The notes under the pieces: model-generated
Database searches by the model: none
What the model saw: the letters and a program-made list of their open reading frames with translations, nothing else
Told to the model about the DNA's origin: nothing
Shown here: one piece after another, positions 10,333 to 18,174 of the stretch
How positions within the stretch are numbered: the stretch's first letter is position 1
How the letters are laid out: each line of letters opens with the position of its first letter
Program-made: the position numbers and the translations under genes
Assembly: GCA_964385105.1 (NCBI GenBank)
Contig: CAYLMU010000001.1
Span: forward strand, 258,252 to 322,251
Direction: 5' to 3'
Length of the DNA stretch: 64,000 bases
From: an uncultured Candidatus Saccharibacteria bacterium
GTDB taxonomy: Bacteria; Patescibacteriota; WWE3; UBA101185; UBA10185

Positions 10333-10602
10333 ATGATTGATAAATTACAAGCATTTAATCAAGTTAGAAAAATGAAAGCCGAAATGGAAAAGGAGCTGGA
10401 ACAGATTTTTCACCAGGAAGAAAAGGGTGATAATCTGATTTTGTTGAGAGGAGATAAACGGGTAGAAAGAATTGTTATAAACGGCGAAGAAAGAAAAGAA
10501 ATAAAAGATCTTATAAACGAAGCAATGAAAAGTCTTGATAAAAAAGTTGAAAAGAAAATGCGCGGCAGAACGGAAGATATTTTGTCGATGTTTGGAAAAT
10601 AA
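10333..10602 (+). CDS. Probable YbaB/EbfC-family nucleoid-associated protein
   Basis: 89 aa; helix (QVRKMKAEMEKEL), beta segment (LILLRGDKRVERIVING), helix (IKDLINEAMK) pattern resembles YbaB/EbfC. Confidence 0.6.
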   Translation: MIDKLQAFNQVRKMKAEMEKELEQIFHQEEKGDNLILLRGDKRVERIVINGEERKEIKDLINEAMKSLDKKVEKKMRGRTEDILSMFGK

Positions 10603-10604
10603 TC

Positions 10605-11216
10605 ATGAGATTACTGTTATTGGGACCTCCAAGTTCGGGTAAGGGTACAATTGGTGAGATGTTGAGTGAAAGGCTTAATATTCCGCTTATTGGCATGGGA
10701 AGTATTTTGCGAAGCTTACCCCAAACACATCCAAGGTATGAGGAAGTTGACAAAATTATGGATAGTGGCGGATTAGCCCCAAACGAACTCGTGAGCGGAC
10801 TTTTAAATGAAAGATTGCAACATCCTGATTGTGCAAACGGATACATTATTGACGGTTATCCCCGAGACCCCGACCAATTGGCATTATACGAACCACAAAT
10901 TGATAAAGCTATATTGCTATTGGTGTCAATTGATTCTATTTTCAGACGCGTAACCGGCCGTCGAATTTGTACAAGCGACAACAAACCTTACAACATATAC
11001 ACTCTTCCTGAAGAAGAACTAAAGAAATGTACAGGTGAGTTAATTCAACGAGATGACGACACAGAAGAAGCTTTGACCAAAAGACTGGAAATTTATTTGA
11101 ATAAATCCGTAAAAGTTAGTGATTATTATAGAAAAAAAGGAATTCTTTATGAGGTTAGCGCAGAACCGCTTCCACAGGAAATAGTAGAAAGCATAGAAAA
11201 ACTTTTAAATGATTAA
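10605..11216 (+). CDS. adk: Adenylate kinase
   Basis: LLLGPPSSGKGT P-loop, GYIIDGYPR, QRDDD; secY-adk-map synteny. Confidence 0.95.
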   Translation: MRLLLLGPPSSGKGTIGEMLSERLNIPLIGMGSILRSLPQTHPRYEEVDKIMDSGGLAPNELVSGLLNERLQHPDCANGYIIDGYPRDPDQLALYEPQIDKAILLLVSIDSIFRRVTGRRICTSDNKPYNIYTLPEEELKKCTGELIQRDDDTEEALTKRLEIYLNKSVKVSDYYRKKGILYEVSAEPLPQEIVESIEKLLND

Positions 11217-11958
11217 GCTTAAATCCCCTGAAGAAATTGAATTAATGAAAGAAGGAGGCAAAATTACCGAGGGTGCTATGCATGAGGTTTTGCTTGCAGT
11301 AAGAGAAGGAATTAGTTTGTTTGAACTTAACACAATAGCCGAAGATTATATAAAAAAAAGTAATGCCCAAGCTTCATTTAAGACGGTTGATGATTATGAC
11401 TTTGCCACATGTATAAATGTAAATGAAGGAATTGTTCACGGGATTCCAAATGATTACATGCTTAAAAGTGGTGATGTGGTAAGTGTAGATTTAGGTGTAT
11501 TATTTAAGGGTTTTCATACTGATTTGTCTTATACTGTTGAAGTAAGCACAAATAATGAAGAAAAATTTTTAGAAACAGGAAAAAAAGCTTTAAATAAGGC
11601 AATTGAGCAATGTATAACGGGAAATAGGTTAGGCGATGTGTCGGCAGCAATACAGGAAACTATTGAAAAAGAGGGTTATACGGTTTCTGAAGACTTGGTT
11701 GGTCATGGTATTGGTAGAAAGCTGCATGAAGCTCCGTATGTAATGTGTTATGGTAACAGGGGTGAGGGTATAAAGCTTAAAGAAGGTATGGTATTTGCAA
11801 TTGAGGTAATTTATCAAAAGGGAAATCCTGAACTGACGCTTGATGCTGACGGCTGGACGTTAAAAACTGCCGATGGAAGTTTGTCGGGATTATTTGAGAG
11901 TACTGTAGCTGTAGGAAAAAGTAGCCCGATAATTATTGCAAATTATTTTGAAAAATAG
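11209..11958 (+). CDS. map: Methionine aminopeptidase type I
   Basis: CINVNEGIVHGIP, VSVDLGV..GFHTD, GHGIGR.LHE, FAIE. Confidence 0.96.
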   Translation: MIKLKSPEEIELMKEGGKITEGAMHEVLLAVREGISLFELNTIAEDYIKKSNAQASFKTVDDYDFATCINVNEGIVHGIPNDYMLKSGDVVSVDLGVLFKGFHTDLSYTVEVSTNNEEKFLETGKKALNKAIEQCITGNRLGDVSAAIQETIEKEGYTVSEDLVGHGIGRKLHEAPYVMCYGNRGEGIKLKEGMVFAIEVIYQKGNPELTLDADGWTLKTADGSLSGLFESTVAVGKSSPIIIANYFEK

Positions 11959-11992
11959 TGTTATGATGCTATTATCATAAAACGGGTTTTTA

Positions 11993-12021
11993 TTGACGGT
12001 ATAGCAATATTTTGTTAGAAT
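11993..12021 (+). promoter_or_regulatory. Sigma70-type promoter for infA-rpmJ-alpha operon
   Basis: TTGACG-N17-TAGAAT with extended -10 TG at 12013-12014. Confidence 0.7.
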
Positions 12022-12046
12022 TTGCCCCGTCTATATAATATAGTTA

Positions 12047-12268
12047 ATGCAAGATACAAAAGAAGTAGTAACTAAAGAAGGAATAGTAAAAGAAGCACAG
12101 GCAGGAGGCATGTTTAAAATAGAGTTTGAAGATGGTGAACAGGCATGGGGTGTATTATCGGGTAAGATGAGGAAGTTTAGAATAACTATTCTGCCGGGAG
12201 ATAAGGTTAAAGTAGAGTTTTCTCCGCACGACCTTACACGCGGAAGGATTACTTACAGGCAAAGGTAA
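12047..12268 (+). CDS. infA: Translation initiation factor IF-1
   Basis: [34 protein letters not shown]. Confidence 0.97.
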   Translation: MQDTKEVVTKEGIVKEAQAGGMFKIEFEDGEQAWGVLSGKMRKFRITILPGDKVKVEFSPHDLTRGRITYRQR

Positions 12269-12270
12269 AT

Positions 12271-12384
12271 ATGAAAGTTAGAAGTTCAGTAAAGAAAATT
12301 TGCAGAGATTGCAAAATAATAAAACGCGAGGGTGTGTTGCGAGTAATATGCAAAAACCCAAAGCACAAGCAAAGGCAAGGATAA
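12271..12384 (+). CDS. rpmJ: 50S ribosomal protein L36 (bL36), absent from the ORF track
   Basis: Translated by hand: [37 protein letters not shown]. Confidence 0.98.
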   Translation: MKVRSSVKKICRDCKIIKREGVLRVICKNPKHKQRQG

Positions 12385-12774
12385 ATGGCCAGATTTTTAG
12401 GTATTGACATACCAGACAACAAAAGAGTAATAATAGCACTTACCTATATTAAAGGTATCGGTCGACCTACTGCTGAAAGGATTTTAAAAGAAACAGGTAT
12501 TGATGAAAATATTAGAACCCATCAATTAACCGATGCTGATTTTGCAAACTTGAGAAACAAGATTGAAGAGCTGAAGCTTCCTGTTGAGGGTGAATTGAGA
12601 AGAATTATCAATCAAAATATTAGAAGATTACAAGAAATTAAAAGCTACAGGGGTGACAGGCATACAAAAGGATTACCCGCAAGAGGACAGAGAACAAGAT
12701 CAAATTCTAGAACCAGAAAAGGAAAGAAAAAAACAGTAGCCGGAGCACAAAAGAAAGCTACTGCAAAGAAATAA
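12385..12774 (+). CDS. rpsM: 30S ribosomal protein S13 (uS13)
   Basis: [33 protein letters not shown]. Confidence 0.98.
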   Translation: MARFLGIDIPDNKRVIIALTYIKGIGRPTAERILKETGIDENIRTHQLTDADFANLRNKIEELKLPVEGELRRIINQNIRRLQEIKSYRGDRHTKGLPARGQRTRSNSRTRKGKKKTVAGAQKKATAKK

Positions 12775-12778
12775 TATT

Positions 12779-13168
12779 ATGGCAGTTAAGAAAAAAAAGA
12801 CAAAAAAATCAACGAGGCAAATACCTACTTCCGGAAGAGCATATATTGCAGCCGGTTTTAATAATACCCTTATCACAATAACTGATGCAGAGGGTAATGC
12901 TTTGTTTTCAGGTAGTGCCGGTGGAGCCGGATTTAAAGGCTCAAGAAAATCAACTCCTTATGCTGCTACCAAGTCAACCGAAGTTATTGCTCAAAGAGCT
13001 CATGAATCAGGATTGAGGGAAGTAGCTGTTTACATTAAAGGACCGGGTCACGGAAGAATTCCTGCGATTAAGGCTTTAAAAAGTGCAGGATTAAAAGTAA
13101 TCTCTATTGCGGATGTCACACCGATGCCTCATAATGGCTGTCGTCCTAGAAAGAAAAGAAGGGTTTAA
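12779..13168 (+). CDS. rpsK: 30S ribosomal protein S11 (uS11)
   Basis: [35 protein letters not shown]. Confidence 0.98.
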   Translation: MAVKKKKTKKSTRQIPTSGRAYIAAGFNNTLITITDAEGNALFSGSAGGAGFKGSRKSTPYAATKSTEVIAQRAHESGLREVAVYIKGPGHGRIPAIKALKSAGLKVISIADVTPMPHNGCRPRKKRRV

Positions 13169-13177
13169 GGAAATAAT

Positions 13178-13780
13178 ATGGCAAGATATACCGGACCAAA
13201 GTGTAAATTATGCAGAAGAGAAGGAATGAAACTTTATCTTAAAGGTACAAGATGCGAGTCTGATAAGTGCGGTGTTGTTAGAAGAAACACAGCCCCCGGA
13301 CAACACGGTACATCAAGAAGAAGGCTTTCAAACTACGGTGTGCAACTTAGAGAAAAGCAGAAAGTTAAGAGAATTTATGGCGTACTCGAAAGGCAATTTA
13401 GGAACTATGTTAATGAAGCAATGAAAACAACAGGTGTGTCGGGTGAGGTTTTAGTACAAATGCTTGAAACCAGGCTTGATAATATGGTTTACAGAAGCGG
13501 ATTTGCCGTTTCAAGAGCTCAAGCACGGCAGCTTATTAGGTCGGGGTTTTTTATGATTAATGATGAAATCGTTAAAACTCCGTCATATAGAGTGCAAACC
13601 GGTGATATTATTAAACCGGTAAGTTTTGATAAGATTCATTTGCGTGAAGGGTTTGTTCTGCCTGAATGGATTGACGCAAATGTTAAAGAAAGATACGTAA
13701 AATTAGTAAGACTGCCTGAGTTGCAGGAAGTAACTGAAAACATAAATATTCAGTTAATTATCGAATTCTATTCGAGATAA
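13178..13780 (+). CDS. rpsD: 30S ribosomal protein S4 (uS4)
   Basis: MARYTGPKCKLCRREG, QLREKQK, LETRLDN, IIEFYSR. Confidence 0.98.
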   Translation: MARYTGPKCKLCRREGMKLYLKGTRCESDKCGVVRRNTAPGQHGTSRRRLSNYGVQLREKQKVKRIYGVLERQFRNYVNEAMKTTGVSGEVLVQMLETRLDNMVYRSGFAVSRAQARQLIRSGFFMINDEIVKTPSYRVQTGDIIKPVSFDKIHLREGFVLPEWIDANVKERYVKLVRLPELQEVTENINIQLIIEFYSR

Positions 13781-13802
13781 TTTTTAAAGGAGGATTAAAA
13801 AA

Positions 13803-14723
13803 GTGTTATTACAAACAAGTGATGTACAAATTAAAAAAATATCCGAAAAAAATAACGAGGGTATTTTTGAGTTCAGCCCATTACCTGAAGGATTTGGTCA
13901 TACCTTAGGTAGTAGTTTAAGAAGAGTGTTACTGACATCCTTAAAGGGTGCAGCAGTTACCCAAGTGAGAATGCCTAAAGTTTCACATCAATTTACAACC
14001 GTGCCGGGTGTTAAAGAAGATGTAGTTGAGCTCACTTTAAATTTAAAGGGTATTAGAGCAAAAGTATACGGAGATAACCCTGTTGTTGGGAGAATAGAAA
14101 AATCCGGACCGGGAGCTGTTACCGCAAATGACATTGAGCTCTCATCTGATGCTGAAATAGTAAATAAAGACCTTCATATTGCTGAACTTGCAGATAAAAA
14201 TGCCAAATTTGAAGCTGATATTACAATAGAGCCCGGAACCGGGTATTTATCGGTGGAAGACAGAAAGTCATCAAAAGTAGGTGTTATTTTGATTGATGCA
14301 TTGTTTTCACCTGTAACACATGTTTCATATGAGGTAGAACCAACACGATTAGGTGAAGTAATTGGTTTAGATAAGTTAACAATCACAATAAAAACCGACG
14401 GCACTATGACACCAGGGGATGCAATAGTTGAGGCATCCACTTTACTTAGAAATTTCTTTTCAAGATTCTCAAAAGGTGAAGACCCAGTAGAAGAAGTTGA
14501 GGAACCAGTTACAAAAGAATCAGGAACCAAAGAAAAGTCTGTTACATATATTGAAGATTTGTCACTTCCTACAAGAACAATAAACGCCCTTAAAAAAGCA
14601 GGAATTGACACACTAAATCAACTTGCAAAATTGTCGGATGAAGAATTAGCTGACATCAAAAACCTTGGCGATAAGTCCATTGACGAGATTACCAAAGTTA
14701 TGAAAAAAGAAGGACTAATATAA
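13803..14723 (+). CDS. rpoA: RNA polymerase alpha subunit
   Basis: PLPEGFGHTLGSSLRRVLL, GVKEDV, IDALFSPV, alpha-CTD NLGDKS; GTG start with AAGGAGG SD. Confidence 0.98.
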   Translation: MLLQTSDVQIKKISEKNNEGIFEFSPLPEGFGHTLGSSLRRVLLTSLKGAAVTQVRMPKVSHQFTTVPGVKEDVVELTLNLKGIRAKVYGDNPVVGRIEKSGPGAVTANDIELSSDAEIVNKDLHIAELADKNAKFEADITIEPGTGYLSVEDRKSSKVGVILIDALFSPVTHVSYEVEPTRLGEVIGLDKLTITIKTDGTMTPGDAIVEASTLLRNFFSRFSKGEDPVEEVEEPVTKESGTKEKSVTYIEDLSLPTRTINALKKAGIDTLNQLAKLSDEELADIKNLGDKSIDEITKVMKKEGLI

Positions 14724-14741
14724 AATTTTTAGTTAGATCTT

Positions 14742-15104
14742 ATGAGACACAGAGTAGCAAAAAAGAAATTAAATAGAGACACAGATCACAGAAAAGCCTT
14801 AATAAGGAATTTATCACGATCGTTGATTTTGGAGGGTAAAATAGAAACTACTCTGGCTAAAGCCAAATATGTACAGCCGTATGTTGAAAAACTGGTTACA
14901 AAAGCAAAAAAGGGAAGCGATTTTAATAACTTAAATAATTTAAATGCAAAGCTACGTTCAAATAAGGCCTTGGATGTTCTGGTTAAAGAACTTGCTCCAA
15001 AATACACATCAAGAAGTGGCGGATACACAAGAATAGTAAAGTTAGGATTTAGAGACGGCGATAAAGCACCTATGGCAAGAATAGAATGGGTAAAAAATGA
15101 CTAA
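14742..15104 (+). CDS. rplQ: 50S ribosomal protein L17 (bL17)
   Basis: MRHR, IETTLAKAK, GGYTRIVK, RDGDKAPMA. Confidence 0.98.
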   Translation: MRHRVAKKKLNRDTDHRKALIRNLSRSLILEGKIETTLAKAKYVQPYVEKLVTKAKKGSDFNNLNNLNAKLRSNKALDVLVKELAPKYTSRSGGYTRIVKLGFRDGDKAPMARIEWVKND

Positions 15105-15519
15105 AACTACAATAACAAGAAAAGAAGACTTAAAAAGAGATTGGCATGTAATTGATGCACGCGGAAAAATATTAGGCCAGGTTGCATCTGAAGCCGCCCA
15201 ATTACTATTGGGAAAACACAAGCCTAATTTTACTTTTCATTTAAATAACGGAGATAAAGTCATTATTACAAATGCTTCAAAGATTGCTGTAACCGGAAAT
15301 AAAGAAAATGCAAAAGTTTATTCCAGGTATAGCGGATACCCTGGTGGAATAAAGTCAGAGACTTTAAAACAGCTAAAAGCCAGAAAACCTGATGAAGTAA
15401 TAAGGTTGGCAGTAAAAGGTATGTTGCCAAAAAATAAGCTTCAAAAAGACAGAATGAGTAATTTATATATTTATGAAGGTGAAAGCCACCCTCATCAAAA
15501 TATAGCTAAAGATAAATAA
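15097..15519 (+). CDS. rplM: 50S ribosomal protein L13 (uL13)
   Basis: WHVIDA, LLGKHKP, SGYPGG, AVKGMLPKN. Confidence 0.98.
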   Translation: MTKTTITRKEDLKRDWHVIDARGKILGQVASEAAQLLLGKHKPNFTFHLNNGDKVIITNASKIAVTGNKENAKVYSRYSGYPGGIKSETLKQLKARKPDEVIRLAVKGMLPKNKLQKDRMSNLYIYEGESHPHQNIAKDK

Positions 15520-15520
15520 T

Positions 15521-16021
15521 ATGGCACAAGCACAAGATTTACAAACAAGTGAAAACATGGAAATAAAAAAAGGATTTAAATTCTGGAATAATGAAAAAAA
15601 TGCCGGTGAAGATGCTGAAAAAGGCAAGTTCATAATTACCGGAACTGGCAGAAGAAAAACTGCAGTCGCCAGATTATTTTTGTACACAGAAAAAGGCGAT
15701 TTTTTTGTAAACGATAAGCCGATTGACGAATATTTTGAATCTGAACAGGCTAAAGCAACTTGGATGAGGCCTTTTCATGCTGTAGGCATTTCTCACCCCA
15801 TGTCACAATTTAGCGGAACTGTTAAAATTCACGGGTCAGGTAAATCGGCTCAAGCTGACGCACTTATGCTTGCTTTTGCCCGAGCTCTGGATTTAGTAAA
15901 CGAAGAATACTCAAGTGCCATAAGAAAGCAAGGACTATTAACAAGAGATTCAAGAATGGTAGAAAGAAAGAAGCCTTTCTTAAAGAAAGCACGAAAGAGA
16001 CCTCAATACTCTAAACGTTAA
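15521..16021 (+). CDS. rpsI: 30S ribosomal protein S9 (uS9) with N-terminal extension
   Basis: GTGRRKTAVAR, LLTRDSRMVERKK, PQYSKR. Confidence 0.97.
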   Translation: MAQAQDLQTSENMEIKKGFKFWNNEKNAGEDAEKGKFIITGTGRRKTAVARLFLYTEKGDFFVNDKPIDEYFESEQAKATWMRPFHAVGISHPMSQFSGTVKIHGSGKSAQADALMLAFARALDLVNEEYSSAIRKQGLLTRDSRMVERKKPFLKKARKRPQYSKR

Positions 16022-16290
16022 TCAAGAAGTATTCGAATTTCTTCAAGCACAGATTCAACGTCTCTAATTCGTTGTGACAATATTACCTTTTGTTCCCTGG
16101 ATAAATAAAGTATACCTACATTGTATTCGTTTGAGATTTTTTCAAGTACTTTATAAGAAGGAATTACTTTTCCGGTTTCGTAGGCAGATATTGTTTTAGC
16201 GGACACGCCGATTTTTTTGCCAAACCTGTTTTGTGACAGATTGAGCTTTAATCTTAATAATTTTATTCTTGTGCCTACATTTTCATTCAT
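16018..16290 (-). CDS. XRE-family helix-turn-helix regulator
   Basis: VGTRIKLLR..LNLSQ..FGKKIGVS..TISAYETGK..PS. Confidence 0.9.
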   Translation of the reverse strand: MNENVGTRIKLLRLKLNLSQNRFGKKIGVSAKTISAYETGKVIPSYKVLEKISNEYNVGILYLSREQKVILSQRIRDVESVLEEIRILLD

Positions 16291-16305
16291 ATCTATTTAT
16301 ATTAG

Positions 16306-16345
16306 AATATACTATATTGTAATTAATGTTGCAATAACCTATATT
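16306..16345. promoter_or_regulatory. Overlapping divergent promoters for the XRE gene and radC; candidate operator
   Basis: + strand TTGTAA(16317)-N17-TATATT(16340); - strand TTGCAA(16334)-N17-TATATT(16311); inverted repeat ATTGTAA-N6-TTGCAAT at 16316-16335. Confidence 0.55.
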
Positions 16346-16351
16346 GTGATT

Positions 16352-17056
16352 ATGCAAATGAGTTTAAAAATACATGACCTTCAATCCTCAGAAAAGCCTA
16401 GAGAGAGGCTGTTAAATTATGGTGAATCAATATTATCAGACGCGGAGTTACTTGCAATTATTTTAAGGTCAGGTGGTGTTAAAGGGTCTTCACTTAGTCT
16501 CGCGAGCGTGTTGTTGAAAAAGTTTTCAGGTTTGAATGGTGTAATATTTGCCAGATATGAAGAGTTGGTGGGAATAAAAGACGTAGGCCCTGCAAAGGCA
16601 ACGAGTATTAAGGCAATTTCTGAGATTGCACTTAGATTAAACATGGACAGTAAAGTAAAAAAATTTAAATTATCGGGTCCGCGAGATGTGTTTGTTTACA
16701 TGAAAAAATCCATTTATAAAAAAGAAAAAGAACACCTATATGTTATCTCACTTGATTCAAGAAATTTTGCTATATCTGCAGATTTAGTGTCTGTTGGTAC
16801 AGTAAATGAAACTTTAATTCATCCAAGAGAAGTGTTTCGTGAGGCTATTTATAAAAATGCCACTTATATAATTTTGGCTCATAATCATCCCTCTGGGGAT
16901 ACAAGCCCGAGTGAAGAAGATATACAGGTTACGCACAGATTAGTGGAAACCGGGAAAATTATTGGAATTCCGCTTGTTGATCATGTGATATTAAGCAATG
17001 ACTCATATACAAGCTTAAAGTCAAAAGATTTGATTAATAAAGAGGATAAACAATAA
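16352..17056 (+). CDS. radC: RadC-family (JAB/MPN) protein
   Basis: EKPRERL, LSDAELLAIIL, HhH IKDVGPAKA, IHPREVF, AHNHPSGD..PS.ED, LVDHVI; ATG 16352 preferred. Confidence 0.95.
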   Translation: MQMSLKIHDLQSSEKPRERLLNYGESILSDAELLAIILRSGGVKGSSLSLASVLLKKFSGLNGVIFARYEELVGIKDVGPAKATSIKAISEIALRLNMDSKVKKFKLSGPRDVFVYMKKSIYKKEKEHLYVISLDSRNFAISADLVSVGTVNETLIHPREVFREAIYKNATYIILAHNHPSGDTSPSEEDIQVTHRLVETGKIIGIPLVDHVILSNDSYTSLKSKDLINKEDKQ

Positions 17057-17096
17057 ATGTGAAAAGTAGTAGGTTTTTTTGAAAGGAGGTGAGAAG

Positions 17097-17675
17097 GTGA
17101 AAAAGCTAATTTATGTTTATGCTTCGCTTGCTGCTTTGGTTTTGGTTGTAGCCGGTGTGACGTATGCAGCGTTTTCTGATAAAGGCAACGTGTTAGGTTC
17201 GACTTTTTCTGTAGGCAGTGCGGATATAAAGTTACTAAATGACATAACACAAGGATTGGGTGAGGGTAATCTTGTTGAAGAAAAAGCAGGTCCGAATTTT
17301 AACAACATAAGTCCATTCTGGACGAAAGATTACCTGATGAAAATCTATAACAACGCTGCTACTCAAATTAGTTTAAGTTCCAATTCAAATTATGAGACGG
17401 CAAACGACCCCATGGAGCTTAGACAAATAATATTTGTTGAACCGTTTGAATGGAATGACAACAATAGTGATGGTGTATTGGATGCCGGTGAACTTGGGAC
17501 TTCGTATGGAAGAAAGACAATTGTGAAATGGAAAACCGAGGGTTTTAATTTGGGAAGTGTTGATGCAGGTGCAGTAAAAAGTTTAGTGTTAAGGTTTTCT
17601 ACTGATGCTGTTTCTGACACAAAGCAAGGTGCTAGTGCTTTGTTTGATTTTCAGTTTAGTTCTTTAGGGTTGTAA
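17097..17675 (+). CDS. TasA/CalY-like secreted protein with SipW-type signal peptide
   Basis: GTG start after AAGGAGGTGA; KK-hydrophobic-GVTYA/AFSD signal followed by TFSVG; C-terminal QG...F strand; adjacent sipW. Confidence 0.8.
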   Translation: MKKLIYVYASLAALVLVVAGVTYAAFSDKGNVLGSTFSVGSADIKLLNDITQGLGEGNLVEEKAGPNFNNISPFWTKDYLMKIYNNAATQISLSSNSNYETANDPMELRQIIFVEPFEWNDNNSDGVLDAGELGTSYGRKTIVKWKTEGFNLGSVDAGAVKSLVLRFSTDAVSDTKQGASALFDFQFSSLGL

Positions 17676-17681
17676 TAAGAA

Positions 17682-17709
17682 ATTCTTGCCTACCCGGGAA
17701 GGCAAGAAT
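17682..17709 (+). promoter_or_regulatory. Intercistronic stem-loop between the TasA-like gene and sipW
   Basis: Perfect 10-bp stem ATTCTTGCCT/AGGCAAGAAT, no U tract on + strand. Confidence 0.6.
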
Positions 17710-17715
17710 AAATAT

Positions 17716-18174
17716 ATGAAGAAAAAAGTTATACCTATTTTAATATCTCTTTTAATAATATGTGCTTATGTAATTGAGTATAGGCCAATGGTTTATATCA
17801 TTGCTTCAGATTCCATGTCTCCGGTAATTAGAAAAGGAAGCCTTATTGTTGTTGTAAAAAAAGATCAATACTCTTTGTATGATGTTGTAACTTATAAAGT
17901 ATCGTCAAAAATGGATACCTATGTTACACACAGAATTAATAGAATTACTGATATTGAGCAAGCTAAGATGTATTATACAAAAGGTGATGCTAACAAACAC
18001 GAAGATTTTTTGCCTATAACACAGGAAGAAATAATAGGTAAGGTTTATTTTGTTATTCCCTATTTTATATATATATTTCATCCGACTTTGTTATTGATGT
18101 TTTTTTATATGCCTGTTGGGTATTTAGCCGGAAGATTAGTAAAAAAGATTGTGTTATTATCATCGTATGAGTAA
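17716..18174 (+). CDS. sipW: Signal peptidase I, SipW/ER type (S26B)
   Basis: TM then IASDSMSP (catalytic Ser), VTHRI (His), TKGDAN..ED, IIGKV. Confidence 0.88.
   Translation: MKKKVIPILISLLIICAYVIEYRPMVYIIASDSMSPVIRKGSLIVVVKKDQYSLYDVVTYKVSSKMDTYVTHRINRITDIEQAKMYYTKGDANKHEDFLPITQEEIIGKVYFVIPYFIYIFHPTLLLMFFYMPVGYLAGRLVKKIVLLSSYE

Noticed and set aside
11961-11980. Inverted repeat TTATGAT-N6-ATCATAA after map
   Set aside because: AT-only stem with no clear U tract; could be a weak terminator or operator but cannot be told from chance.
16217-16351. Long N-terminal extension of radC in the ORF track
   Set aside because: The TTG start overlaps the divergent XRE gene; homology and promoter geometry support ATG 16352. 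Upstream TTG starts for rplC, the TasA-like gene, sipW, the Clp ATPase, secD, aspS, recA and 55700 were trimmed on similar grounds.
16018-17056. XRE plus radC as a prophage or ICE remnant
   Set aside because: This RadC is the long chromosomal form with an N-terminal HhH region; no integrase, att repeat, tRNA target or obvious compositional shift is visible.
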